NCBI GenBank assembly: GCA_017466275.1
Contig: JAFTUL010000053.1
Span: forward strand, 6,163 to 70,162
Source: Clostridia bacterium
GTDB lineage: Bacteria; Bacillota; Clostridia; UMGS1883
Length of the DNA: 64,000 bases
Reading direction: 5' to 3'
Shown here: positions 1 to 9,459 of the stretch, piece by piece
How the letters are laid out: every line of letters starts with the position of its first letter
Position numbering within the stretch: the stretch's first letter is position 1
Program-made: the position numbers and the translations under genes
The notes under the pieces: model-generated
What the model was told of the DNA's origin: nothing
The model's database searches: none
What the model saw: the letters and a program-made list of their open reading frames with translations, nothing else

Positions 1-1
1 C

Positions 2-52
2 CCCAATGACAATGTATATGATGCAGATTTCACAGACACAACAAATAACTAA
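2..52 (+). CDS. dnaK: 3' end of chaperone DnaK (partial, runs off the window start)
   Basis: Frame 2 reads PNDNVYDADFTDTTNN*, an acidic tail typical of DnaK. It lies directly upstream of dnaJ-prmA-rsmE. Only 16 codons are visible. Confidence 0.45.
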   Translation, partial: PNDNVYDADFTDTTNN

Positions 53-63
53 AAGAAGTAAAG

Positions 64-94
64 TTAGCAGAGCGGAATTTTTCCGCTCTGCTAA
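64..94 (+). promoter_or_regulatory. 12-bp stem-loop downstream of dnaK with CIRCE-like outer arms
   Basis: TTAGCAGAGCGG-aattttt-CCGCTCTGCTAA. The outer TTAGCA/TGCTAA match CIRCE half-sites, but the inner triplets and spacing differ. No U-tract follows. Confidence 0.35.
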
Positions 95-226
95 ACTTGA
101 CTAAGTGTACCAAGGAATGAGAGAAGTAGTGCAGAAGGCACAAACTGAACCCGTAGGGGTTACCCGAAGCTGTACATAGGTACAGCGAGAGGTGAAGTTT
201 GTGGCTAACAAAACGCTTTAAAATTG

Positions 227-252
227 GAATCCGTTTTGCGGATTCTTTCATT
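227..252 (+). terminator. Intrinsic terminator-like hairpin in the dnaK-dnaJ spacer
   Basis: GAATCCG-ttttg-CGGATTC followed by TTTCATT. Confidence 0.5.
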
Positions 253-359
253 AAACAATAAAAGGTACTATAACAGATACCTTAATAAAAGTGGCGTAAA
301 AAATACTTGTGCGTTTTGTGTTCGGTGCTGCTTATATCATTTCGAAATTGAGGTGTATT

Positions 360-1502
360 ATGGCAGATAAGAGAGATTATTATGAGGTACTTGGCGTTCA
401 AAAAGGTGCCTCGGATGATGAAATAAAAAAAGCATACAGAAAGCTTGCAAAAAAATATCACCCCGACCTTAACAAGGATAATCCCGAAGCAGCTGATAAA
501 TTTAAGGAAGCTGCTGAAGCTTATGACGTTTTAAGTGACAGTGAAAAGCGTAGCCGTTACGACCAGTTCGGTCACGCAGGTGTTGACCCCAATGCAGGCT
601 TCGGCGGTGGCGGCTATGGCGGCGGCTTCGGCGGATTTGATATGGGCGATATTTTTGACAGCTTCTTCGGTGGTGGATTCGGTGGAAGAGGGTCAAGAAG
701 AAACGGCCCCGTACGCGGAAATGATATTCAGCAGGCGATAGAGCTTACCTTTGAGGAAGCTGTTTTCGGGTGTAAAAAGAAAGTAACCATTATCCGTGGA
801 GAAAGCTGTAACGAATGTGGCGGCAGCGGGGCAAAGAAAGGAACATCTCCCGTAAAATGTGCCCGTTGCGGAGGAACAGGACAGATGAGAAGTGTGCAGA
901 ACACTCCTTTTGGCCAGTTTGCTTCTACCACTACCTGTAATCAGTGCGGAGGAAAAGGAACAACCATTTCCGACCCGTGTCCCGTTTGTAACGGCAGCGG
1001 ACAGAACAGAACTAAGAGGGAACTGGAGGTTAACATTCCTGCAGGTATAGACCACGGGCAGACGGTATCTCTTCGCGGTCAGGGTGAAGCAGGCGTACGC
1101 GGTGGCGGTCCCGGGGACCTGCTTATAACCGTTTATGTTAAGCCAAGTCCCGTGTTTACCCGTGAGGGGAACAATGTGTACATTGATGTGCCGATAACCT
1201 TTGTTCAGGCGGCACTTGGCTGTGAAATTGAAATTCCCACAGTTGACGGAAAAATCACGCAGAGAATCCCCGAGGGTACTCAGCACGGAACGAAATTCAG
1301 ACTTAAAGGCAGAGGTATTCCCTCAATTCGTGGCGGTGCAAGAGGCGACCAGTATGTCCGCATAATTGTGGAGATTCCCAAGAATCTTTCCTCTAAACAG
1401 CGTGATATACTTGAGCAATTTGCCAAGGAAAGCAATGATAAAAACTACAATCAGCGAAAGAAATTTTCCGAGAAATTAAAGGATTATTTCAAGAATAACT
1501 GA
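360..1502 (+). CDS. dnaJ: Molecular chaperone DnaJ
   Basis: J-domain with HPD (KKYHPDLN), a G/F-rich linker and four CxxCxGxG zinc repeats. The ATG at 360 follows GAGGTG. The ORF-track start at 309 is probably upstream read-through. Confidence 0.95.
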   Translation: MADKRDYYEVLGVQKGASDDEIKKAYRKLAKKYHPDLNKDNPEAADKFKEAAEAYDVLSDSEKRSRYDQFGHAGVDPNAGFGGGGYGGGFGGFDMGDIFDSFFGGGFGGRGSRRNGPVRGNDIQQAIELTFEEAVFGCKKKVTIIRGESCNECGGSGAKKGTSPVKCARCGGTGQMRSVQNTPFGQFASTTTCNQCGGKGTTISDPCPVCNGSGQNRTKRELEVNIPAGIDHGQTVSLRGQGEAGVRGGGPGDLLITVYVKPSPVFTREGNNVYIDVPITFVQAALGCEIEIPTVDGKITQRIPEGTQHGTKFRLKGRGIPSIRGGARGDQYVRIIVEIPKNLSSKQRDILEQFAKESNDKNYNQRKKFSEKLKDYFKNN

Positions 1503-1510
1503 AAGGAAAT

Positions 1511-2485
1511 ATGACTATGGATTGGCTTGAGGTAAGCATATATACAACTCCCGAGGGGATAGACCCTCTTTGCGGCAGACTGTATAATCTCGGTGTAACG
1601 GGACTTGAAATTGTCGATAAGGATGATTTTGAGGATTTCCTTGAAAATAATAAACAGTACTGGGATTATGTTGACGAGGAGCTTCGTGAAAAAATGAACG
1701 GAGAAACCCGTGTGAAGATATATCTCAGCGACAACGAAACAGGTCACAAGATGCTTTCTGCAGTCCGTGACGATTTGATTTCTTTCAAGAGCATTGATGC
1801 AGACGGCGTATTCGGCTCTCTCAGGGTGGAAATTGACTCCTGCAGAGAAGAGGACTGGGAAAATAACTGGAAACAGTATTTTAAACCAATCTATGTCGGG
1901 GAGCGTCTTGTAATAAAGCCCGAATGGGAGACCATTCCCGATGCTGACGGAAAAATCGTATTCAACATTGACCCCGGAATGACTTTCGGCAGCGGTCAGC
2001 ACGAAACAACACGCCTTTGCGTGGAAACTCTTGACACTACTGTGAAAAAGGGCGATAAGGTACTTGACCTCGGTTGTGGTAGCGGTATTCTTTCCATAAT
2101 TTCACTGATGCTTGGTGCAGGTGAGGCGAGAGCCGTTGACATTGACCCCAATTGCAAGAAAATTGCATACTCAAATGCGGCACTTAACGGTATCGGCGAA
2201 GACGTGTATACTGTTCTTGACGGAAATATTCTCATTGATGAAGATTTTAAGAGGGGTACGGAAAAAAGCGGTCCTTATGACATTGTTGTGGCAAATATTG
2301 TGGCAGATGTTATTATCCCCCTTGCAAGTGATGTAAAGCGTTATCTTAAAGACGGCGGTACATTCATTGCCAGCGGTATTATTGAAATGCGTATTGACGA
2401 GGTAAGGGAAGCTATCGAGAAGAACGGATTTTCCATTCAGGAAATCAAGAAAGAAAACGACTGGTACTGCATTATTTCGAGGTAA
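1511..2485 (+). CDS. prmA: Ribosomal protein L11 methyltransferase
   Basis: N-terminus MDWLEVSIYT and SAM-binding motif VLDLGCGSGILS. Conserved dnaJ-prmA-rsmE-mtaB neighbourhood. Confidence 0.9.
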   Translation: MTMDWLEVSIYTTPEGIDPLCGRLYNLGVTGLEIVDKDDFEDFLENNKQYWDYVDEELREKMNGETRVKIYLSDNETGHKMLSAVRDDLISFKSIDADGVFGSLRVEIDSCREEDWENNWKQYFKPIYVGERLVIKPEWETIPDADGKIVFNIDPGMTFGSGQHETTRLCVETLDTTVKKGDKVLDLGCGSGILSIISLMLGAGEARAVDIDPNCKKIAYSNAALNGIGEDVYTVLDGNILIDEDFKRGTEKSGPYDIVVANIVADVIIPLASDVKRYLKDGGTFIASGIIEMRIDEVREAIEKNGFSIQEIKKENDWYCIISR

Positions 2486-2490
2486 CTGTT

Positions 2491-3219
2491 ATGGCTAATT
2501 TCTACATAGATAAGAGTGATATAACTGAAAATACAGCCGTAATTTCGGGTGAAGAAGCACAACATATAAGCCGTGTGCTTCGTATGAAAAAGGGTGACAA
2601 TGTAACCCTCTGTGACGGAGAGGGAATGTTTTACGAGGCAGTTTTGTCGGATTTTTCGGACAAAACCGTTGTTGCAGACATCCTTTCAAAAAGAGAGGCT
2701 GAAACAGAGCCATCTGTAAAGGTGACAGTTTTTCAGGGGGTGCCCAAAAATCCCAAGCTTGAAACGATAATTCAAAAGCTGACGGAAATCGGTGCAGTAA
2801 GGCTTGTGCCTGTGGACACAAAGCGTGCTGTGGCAAAGCTGGACAAGGAAAACAAGGTAGACAGACTCCGTAAAATCGCCCGAGAAGCGACAAAACAGAG
2901 CAAACGCGGAATTGTTCCCGAGGTGCTTTCACCGGTAAGCTTTAAGGATGCGGTAAAAATGGCGGCGGAGGCTGACCTTGCCTTGATTCCCTACGAAGAA
3001 GAAAGGGAAATGTCCCTTAAAAAAGCTCTTTCAGGGAAAACACCAAAAACTGTTTCGGTAATGATTGGACCCGAGGGCGGTTTTGACAGCGAAGAAATAA
3101 AGCTTGCAAAGGAAAACAAAATTACAAGCGTAACATTGGGCAAAAGAATTCTCAGAACGGAAACCGCACCGCTTGCGGTATGTTCGGCAATTCTTTACGA
3201 GCTTGGTGAAATGGAATAA
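2491..3219 (+). CDS. rsmE: 16S rRNA (uracil1498-N3)-methyltransferase
   Basis: 242 aa. RsmE-type N-terminus (FYIDK...EEAQHISRVLRMKKGD) and C-terminal SPOUT motif IGPEGGF. Synteny after prmA. Confidence 0.88.
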   Translation: MANFYIDKSDITENTAVISGEEAQHISRVLRMKKGDNVTLCDGEGMFYEAVLSDFSDKTVVADILSKREAETEPSVKVTVFQGVPKNPKLETIIQKLTEIGAVRLVPVDTKRAVAKLDKENKVDRLRKIAREATKQSKRGIVPEVLSPVSFKDAVKMAAEADLALIPYEEEREMSLKKALSGKTPKTVSVMIGPEGGFDSEEIKLAKENKITSVTLGKRILRTETAPLAVCSAILYELGEME

Positions 3220-3234
3220 TAAGGAGAGATTCAT

Positions 3235-4431
3235 ATGGCAATTTTTAATAAAGCAGATATTATGCTTCCTAAAAATGCAGATTTGACAAAGTGGAGTGTA
3301 GTGGCTTGTGACCAGTATACATCACAACCCGAGTATTGGGAAAAGGCACAGGAGGTTGTGGGTGACAGTCCCTCCACACTTAACCTTGTTTATCCCGAGG
3401 CATTTTTGTCGCAGGGTGACGGCAGAATAGCAAAAATAAACGACACTATGAAAGAGTACTGTGACAAGGGTATTTTTGAAACCCACAAAAATTGTCTTGT
3501 GTATGTTGAAAGAACTCTCTCGGGTGGCAGAATCAGAAAGGGTATTGTCGGTGCGGTAGACCTTGAAGCATACGACTTCCATAAAGGGGTAAAATGCCCC
3601 ATCCGTGCAACCGAGGGTACAGTTCTTGAAAGAATCCCCCCACGTGTGAAAATCCGTGAAAATGCTCCTCTTGAGCTTCCTCACGTAATGCTTCTTGTTG
3701 ATGACAAGGAAAAAACACTTGTGGAAAAAGTGGAAAAGGGAGAAAAGCTCTACGACTTTGAGCTTATGGCAGACGGCGGACACCTTGCAGGCTGGGTTGT
3801 AGCAAATGATGATGAATTTATGGCATCTCTCGATAAATTCTCCGCAAATGCACCCGACGGACTCGTGTTTGCAGTAGGTGACGGAAACCATTCCCTCGCC
3901 ACGGCAAAGACCTGCTGGGATAACCTTAAACCCACTCTTTCTCCCGAAGAGCAGGAAACTCATCCTGCACGCTTCTGCCTTGTTGAGATTGAAAATATTC
4001 ATGATGATGTACTTGAATTTGAGCCTATCCACAGAGTAGTGTTTGGTGTAGAGGACGAAGAACTTTTTGTTGGTGAGCTTATGGAAGAGCTTGACTGCAG
4101 CGGGGAAAAAGCAGGCGGTCAGGAAATAGTAGTTGTTAAAGGTGATGTTTCCAGAAAGCTTTATATACATAACACCTCAAGCCCTCTTGCAGTGGGTACG
4201 CTTCAGAAATATCTTGACACTCTTTCCTATGAGGTGGACTATATCCACGGTGAGGATGTTGTAGAATCCCTTTCTGCAAAAGAGGGTGCAGTAGGATTCC
4301 TTCTTCCTAAGCCTGAAAAGAGCAGTTTGTTTGAAACCGTTATAAAGGACGGGGCATTGCCAAGAAAGACATTTTCAATGGGTGAAGCAAATGAAAAAAG
4401 GTTCTATATGGAAGCGAAACAAATAAAGTAA
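3235..4431 (+). CDS. DUF1015 family protein
   Basis: 398 aa. N-terminal ...LPKNADLTKWSVVACDQYTSQPEYW resembles DUF1015 proteins. Function unknown. Confidence 0.7.
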   Translation: MAIFNKADIMLPKNADLTKWSVVACDQYTSQPEYWEKAQEVVGDSPSTLNLVYPEAFLSQGDGRIAKINDTMKEYCDKGIFETHKNCLVYVERTLSGGRIRKGIVGAVDLEAYDFHKGVKCPIRATEGTVLERIPPRVKIRENAPLELPHVMLLVDDKEKTLVEKVEKGEKLYDFELMADGGHLAGWVVANDDEFMASLDKFSANAPDGLVFAVGDGNHSLATAKTCWDNLKPTLSPEEQETHPARFCLVEIENIHDDVLEFEPIHRVVFGVEDEELFVGELMEELDCSGEKAGGQEIVVVKGDVSRKLYIHNTSSPLAVGTLQKYLDTLSYEVDYIHGEDVVESLSAKEGAVGFLLPKPEKSSLFETVIKDGALPRKTFSMGEANEKRFYMEAKQIK

Positions 4432-4494
4432 ACGGACTCGATAAAGCAGCACATTGTGAATGCGGAGTTCGAAGTTCGGAATTCGAAGTGAAGG

Positions 4495-4526
4495 TAGGAA
4501 TCCACCAAGTGTGGATTCCTATTTTT
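4495..4526 (+). terminator. Intrinsic terminator of the DUF1015 gene
   Basis: TAGGAATCCAC-caagt-GTGGATTCCTA followed by TTTTT. Confidence 0.8.
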
Positions 4527-4540
4527 GTGTTCTACATAAG

Positions 4541-4568
4541 AAAAAAGGAATCCGACAAATCGGATTCC
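4541..4568 (-). terminator. Intrinsic terminator of the aminotransferase operon
   Basis: GGAATCCGA-caaa-TCGGATTCC. The A6 on the plus strand gives a U-tract on the minus strand. Confidence 0.75.
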
Positions 4569-4619
4569 CTCCATCATTTCGAACTTCGAATTTCGCATTT
4601 AGAATTTCTTAAAGCTGCT

Positions 4620-5792
4620 TTATCTCATTCCATCTACAAATTCTGCAATTCGTTCCAAAGCTTTCTCAATATTCTTAATACTATACGCATAACTGCAACG
4701 GATAAAGCCCTCACCGCATTCACCGAATGCCGTGCCGGGAACAACTGCAACTTTCTTTTCGTAAAGAAGCCTCGTTACAAATTCCTCGCTTGTAAGTCCC
4801 GTTGAGCTGATGTTGGGGAACACATAGAATGCACCCAACGGCTCAAAACAGCTAAGTCCCATTTCCCTGAAACCATTCACCATAATTCTGCGGCGGTGGT
4901 CATATTCAGTACACATATACTCAACGTCCTCGTCACAGCTACGGAGTGCCTCGATAGCCGCAAACTGGCTTGTTGTGGGAGCACACATTATTGCGTACTG
5001 ATGAATTTTTGTCATCTGCTTTATAACCGGCTCAGGACCGCAGGCGTAACCAAGTCGCCAGCCCGTCATTGCAAACGCTTTACTGAAACCGTTTACCGTT
5101 ACTGTCCGCTCCTGCATTCCGGGAATGGAGGCAAAGGGAACGTGAGGTTCACCGGTATATGTAAGCTCGCCGTATATTTCGTCAGAAAGAACAAAAAGGT
5201 CGTGCTCTTCCACAATTTTTGAAATTTTCTCCAAATCCTCACGTGTCATTACTGCACCTGTGGGATTATTGGGGAATGGAAGTATCAGAAGCTTGGACTT
5301 AGGTGTAATTTTTTCAAGGAGCTTTTCGGGAGTCAGCTTGAAATTATCCTTTTCCTCAGTCTGAATTGTCACGGGTGTACCGCCTGCCATAAGGGTGCAG
5401 GGCTTGTAGCACACGAAACAAGGCTCGGGAATAAGTACCTCATCCCCCTGAGATACAATTGCACGGATAAGCAGGTCAATTGCCTCGCTTCCGCCTACTG
5501 TTACAAGGGTTTCTGTCTTGGGATTGTAGTGAAGATTATACTTCCTTGCAAGGTATGTGCAAATCTCATTACGAAGCTCCAAAAGTCCGCTGTTTGCACT
5601 GTAATGGGTGCGTCCCTTTTCAAGGGAGTAGATGCCTGCCTCCCTGACAGCCCACGGGGTTACAAAGTCAGGCTCACCAACACCGAGTGATATTGCATCC
5701 TTCATCTCAGCGGCAATATCGAAAAACTTTCTGATACCGCTGGGTGCAAGAGATTGTATCCCCGGAGAAATCAATTTATTGTAGTCTATCAT
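4620..5792 (-). CDS. Class I/II pyridoxal-phosphate aminotransferase (AspC-like)
   Basis: 390 aa. Motifs GEPDF, NPTG and the PLP-lysine context SFSKAFAMTGWRLGY. Confidence 0.85.
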   Translation of the reverse strand: MIDYNKLISPGIQSLAPSGIRKFFDIAAEMKDAISLGVGEPDFVTPWAVREAGIYSLEKGRTHYSANSGLLELRNEICTYLARKYNLHYNPKTETLVTVGGSEAIDLLIRAIVSQGDEVLIPEPCFVCYKPCTLMAGGTPVTIQTEEKDNFKLTPEKLLEKITPKSKLLILPFPNNPTGAVMTREDLEKISKIVEEHDLFVLSDEIYGELTYTGEPHVPFASIPGMQERTVTVNGFSKAFAMTGWRLGYACGPEPVIKQMTKIHQYAIMCAPTTSQFAAIEALRSCDEDVEYMCTEYDHRRRIMVNGFREMGLSCFEPLGAFYVFPNISSTGLTSEEFVTRLLYEKKVAVVPGTAFGECGEGFIRCSYAYSIKNIEKALERIAEFVDGMR

Positions 5793-6280
5793 ATGCTGAT
5801 AACCTCCCGGTTATCTTCTTCTTTTTCGGTAAAGAGGACACCGTCCTTCTTATAAGTCTTCAACTCGAAATGTGTTGCCGTGGAAACAACAGATTCCATA
5901 GGAGCAAGCCGTTCAGAAACGAACATTGCAACCTCCTTAAGACTCTTTCCCTCAACAGTTACAAGCAGGTCGAATGCACCCGATATAAGTGTAACGGACT
6001 TAACCTGAGGGAATTTATAAATCCTCTCCGCAACAGTGTCAAATCCGCCGCCGCGCTGAGGGGTCAGCTTGATTTCAATATGTGCTCTGGTAGTTTCCCT
6101 GCCTGCAAGCTCCCAGTTAATAAGTGTATTGTAACCAAGGATGATGTTTTCATCTTCCAGCTCGCGGATGGCGGCCTTAACCTCACCTTCTTCAATGCCA
6201 AGCATAACCGCAATTTTGGATGAAGTCAGACGACTGTCCGATTCAAGAAGCGATAAGATTTTGTTTTTCATAATAATCAC
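5789..6280 (-). CDS. Lrp/AsnC family transcriptional regulator
   Basis: 163 aa with an N-terminal HTH (ILSLLESDSRLTSSKIAVMLG) and an RAM-like C-terminus. Its stop overlaps the aminotransferase start by 4 nt. Confidence 0.8.
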   Translation of the reverse strand: MIIMKNKILSLLESDSRLTSSKIAVMLGIEEGEVKAAIRELEDENIILGYNTLINWELAGRETTRAHIEIKLTPQRGGGFDTVAERIYKFPQVKSVTLISGAFDLLVTVEGKSLKEVAMFVSERLAPMESVVSTATHFELKTYKKDGVLFTEKEEDNREVISI

Positions 6281-6408
6281 CCTTTCTTTTTTCGTTATTG
6301 TACTATTATACTCTACTTTGACAGAAAAATCTACTGTTTTTTTCTAAAATACAAAAAATAATTGAAATAAAAGGCATTTTATGTTAAAATCTATTGAGGT
6401 GATTTACA

Positions 6409-7545
6409 ATGAAATCTAACTCAATAAATAAACTTGGTTTTTACCTTACAATGCTCAGTTCCCGTTACGGCAACGGGGAATATTTTATTGAAATGAAAAT
6501 AAACTTTAAATCGGGAACAAAATCATTCCCTGCCACCGTCAAAAAGGACGGGGAGGAGCTTGTTCTTACCTTTTCGGGTGCAAAACAGCCGTTTTCATGG
6601 GAGAAGCTTTCCGATATTGCCAAGGATTACGACGCTATGCAGCTTGTCTACAAGGAACGTGGTACTGACGCAATAATAAACGCGGATGACAGAAATGTTA
6701 CTCTCCGATATGACGACATTGCTCCCATTGAAAAAAACACAACTGCCACCGTGGGGGAAAGGCAGTATCTTATTGCCCCTCCCAAGGCAAACGACCTTTT
6801 AAAAGAAATTGGCATTATGGGGCAAAACGGCAAAATCAAAAACGATATGATTCGCAAGTACAATCAGATTGACCATTTTGTGGAGCTGATTGCGGATTAC
6901 CTTAAAAAGCTTGACGGAAAGATTGAGGTTCTTGACTGTGCCTGCGGAAAAAGTTATCTGTCATTTGCACTTAACTATTATCTTAAAGACGTGCTTAAAA
7001 AGGATTGCCACGTTACGGGCGTTGACTATTCAGAAATAGTAATCGAGGCATCAAAAAAGAGTGCAAAAAACCTCGGCTACACCAATATGACCTTTGTCAA
7101 GGCTGACCTTACCACATACAAGGTGGAACGAAAACCAGATGTGGTAATAAGCCTGCACGCCTGCGACACAGCAACGGATATGGCTATCGGTGCGGCTATA
7201 AATGCAGGTGCAAAAGCAATTTTTGCTGTACCCTGCTGTCATAAGGAACTTCTTTCACAGTATTCCTATGAGCCTTTTGCACCGCTTTTAAAATACGGTA
7301 TTTTCAAGGCAAGGCAGGCTGATTTACTGACAGATTCCCTACGCTGTCTGCTCCTTGAAGCATCGGGATATTCCGTAACGGCACAGGAATACATTTCTCC
7401 CGTGGAAACACCGAAGAATCTTCTTATAAAAGCATTCAAGGACGGAAACAACCGAAAAAAAGCAACAAGGGAGTATTTTGAACTTAAGAAAATGCTCGGT
7501 ATAACCCCGAAATTAGAGACACTTATTAAGTTGGAGGCAGAATAA
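6409..7545 (+). CDS. Class I SAM-dependent methyltransferase with an unknown N-terminal domain
   Basis: 378 aa. SAM motif VLDCACGKSYLSF and a C-terminal methyltransferase fold. Substrate unknown. Confidence 0.65.
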   Translation: MKSNSINKLGFYLTMLSSRYGNGEYFIEMKINFKSGTKSFPATVKKDGEELVLTFSGAKQPFSWEKLSDIAKDYDAMQLVYKERGTDAIINADDRNVTLRYDDIAPIEKNTTATVGERQYLIAPPKANDLLKEIGIMGQNGKIKNDMIRKYNQIDHFVELIADYLKKLDGKIEVLDCACGKSYLSFALNYYLKDVLKKDCHVTGVDYSEIVIEASKKSAKNLGYTNMTFVKADLTTYKVERKPDVVISLHACDTATDMAIGAAINAGAKAIFAVPCCHKELLSQYSYEPFAPLLKYGIFKARQADLLTDSLRCLLLEASGYSVTAQEYISPVETPKNLLIKAFKDGNNRKKATREYFELKKMLGITPKLETLIKLEAE

Positions 7546-8090
7546 TGGACTTTTCAGAAAAGACAGTTAAGCAGAAATATATCTTCAAGGGTGAAGTGAT
7601 AAACCTGCGTGTGGATACAGTTACAACCCCCGGCGGAAATACCGCCACCCGTGAACTTGTAGAACACCCGGGCGGAGTGTGTGTAGTTCCCCTTTTTGAT
7701 GATGGAACGGTTATGATGGAGTGGCAGTACCGCCGTCCTTTTGACACAAATACATTTGAAATTCCTGCAGGGAAGCTCCACTATGGGGAAGACCCATTAG
7801 AATGCGGAAAAAGAGAGCTTGAAGAGGAAACAGGCTACTGTGCAAGAAACTATATTTCTCTTGGGAAGATGTACCCGACCCCAGGTTTTTGTTATGAGGT
7901 TGTGCATATGTATCTTGCAACCGACCTTTACGAGGGAAGCATAAACCGTGATGAGGATGAATTTATGGAGCTTGAGAGAGTTCCCCTGGAAACCCTTGTG
8001 GAAAAGGCTTTAAACGGTGAAATCGTGGATGCGAAAACCTGCCTTGCACTTTTAAAGGTAAACGAGATGAAAAACAGAGGAATGATTTAA
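7545..8090 (+). CDS. NUDIX hydrolase (ADP-ribose pyrophosphatase-like)
   Basis: Nudix box GKLHYGEDPLECGKRELEEETGY. 181 aa. Confidence 0.85.
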   Translation: MDFSEKTVKQKYIFKGEVINLRVDTVTTPGGNTATRELVEHPGGVCVVPLFDDGTVMMEWQYRRPFDTNTFEIPAGKLHYGEDPLECGKRELEEETGYCARNYISLGKMYPTPGFCYEVVHMYLATDLYEGSINRDEDEFMELERVPLETLVEKALNGEIVDAKTCLALLKVNEMKNRGMI

Positions 8091-9382
8091 TGAAGGTTGC
8101 ATTTTATGCTTTGGGCTGTAAAGTCAATCAGTATGAAATAGACTGCTATGCAAAAAAGTTCAGCGAAATCGGGTGGGAGATAGGCTCATTTTCCGAAAAG
8201 TGTGATGCCTATGTCATAAACACCTGTGCTGTTACCAATATAGGCGAGAGGAAATCGAGGCAGATTATCCGCCGTGCCAAGAAGCAAAACCCAGATGCCA
8301 TTGTTGCCGTAACGGGGTGCTATGCCCAGACTAAGGCGGAGGAAGTCAGGAGAATGGCGGAGGCAGATGTAGTTCTCGGTACAAGTAACCGCGGACGAAT
8401 AGCAGAAATCGTGACGGCAAAGCTCCGCGGTGAGGATATTGACCTTTTAACCGACATTATGAAAGAGCGAATGTACGAGGAACTTGAATGCGAGGGGAAG
8501 CTGGAGCGTACACGTGCCTACATAAAAATTCAGGACGGATGCAACAATTTCTGTTCCTACTGTATTATTCCCTATGCAAGAGGTCCTGTCCGTTCCAGAA
8601 AAGTTGAAAATGTGGTAAACGAGGCAAAAAGGCTTGTTTCTATGGGCTTTTCCGAGGTGGTGCTGACGGGTATTGCCGTTGCATCCTACGGTAAGGATTT
8701 CAAGGACGGAACTACCCTCAGAACAGTTATTGAAGCAGTCTGCAACGTAGACGGAATTCAGCGAGTACGTCTCAGCAGTATTTCCCCTACGCTGTTTGAT
8801 GATGATTTTATTTCCTTTGTTGCAGGAGAGAGGAAGATGTGCAGACATTTTCATATCTCTTTGCAGTCGGGAAGCACAACCGTGCTTAAAAGGATGAACA
8901 GAAAATATACGGCTGACGAGTATCTTGATACCCTTCAGCGAATCAGGGAAAAGATGCCCGATGCTGGCATTACAACGGATATTATCTGTGGTTTCCCCGA
9001 AGAAACAGAGGAGGAATTTTACGAAACTCTGGAATTTGTGAAAAAGGCACGCTTTTTAAAGGTGCACGTTTTCCCATACTCCGAGCGTAGCGGAACAGTT
9101 GCTGCCGAGATGCCCCAAGTTCCCCATCAGGTAAGGGAGGAGCGAGCGTCAAGGCTTATAAAACTGACTGAAAAGATTGCAGAGGAGGTAGAAAACAGTT
9201 TTATAGGTACAGAAGCGGAGGTCCTTTTCGAGCAGACAGACGGTGAGTATGCCGAGGGACTTTCGGGAAATTATCTCCGCATATACGTTAAGGGCGGAGA
9301 AGAATTAACAGGAAAAATACAGGAAATAAAGATACGTGAAAGGCATAATGGAATTTTGTTTGGCGAAATATGCTCTGTTTAA
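8090..9382 (+). CDS. mtaB: tRNA t6A37 methylthiotransferase MtaB (MiaB-like radical SAM)
   Basis: Radical-SAM CNNFCSYC motif, an N-terminal UPF0004 Cys triad and a C-terminal TRAM-like region. Same position as yqeV in the Bacillus dnaJ cluster. Confidence 0.85.
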   Translation: MKVAFYALGCKVNQYEIDCYAKKFSEIGWEIGSFSEKCDAYVINTCAVTNIGERKSRQIIRRAKKQNPDAIVAVTGCYAQTKAEEVRRMAEADVVLGTSNRGRIAEIVTAKLRGEDIDLLTDIMKERMYEELECEGKLERTRAYIKIQDGCNNFCSYCIIPYARGPVRSRKVENVVNEAKRLVSMGFSEVVLTGIAVASYGKDFKDGTTLRTVIEAVCNVDGIQRVRLSSISPTLFDDDFISFVAGERKMCRHFHISLQSGSTTVLKRMNRKYTADEYLDTLQRIREKMPDAGITTDIICGFPEETEEEFYETLEFVKKARFLKVHVFPYSERSGTVAAEMPQVPHQVREERASRLIKLTEKIAEEVENSFIGTEAEVLFEQTDGEYAEGLSGNYLRIYVKGGEELTGKIQEIKIRERHNGILFGEICSV

Positions 9383-9400
9383 AACAGAGCATATTTTTTG
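9369..9400 (+). terminator. Intrinsic terminator after mtaB
   Basis: ATGCTCTGTT-taaa-ACAGAGCAT followed by ATTTTTTG. Overlaps the stop codon. Confidence 0.75.
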
Positions 9401-9459
9401 TTCTAAACTACTTTACAAATCCCCCAAAAAGCTATACAATAGAGTATTATGGAGGGAGT

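Larger units (their letters stand above)
4459..4599. repeat. Imperfect 20-bp inverted repeat enclosing two convergent terminators
   Basis: AATGCGGAGTTCGAAGTTCG (4459-4478) versus the reverse complement of CGAACTTCGAATTTCGCATT (4580-4599), 18/20 match. Contains reiterated TTCGAA palindromes. Confidence 0.6.

Noticed and set aside
30-251. 73-aa minus-strand ORF in the dnaK-dnaJ spacer
   Set aside because: No RBS. It spans hairpins and terminators and runs against the operon direction. More likely non-coding structured sequence.
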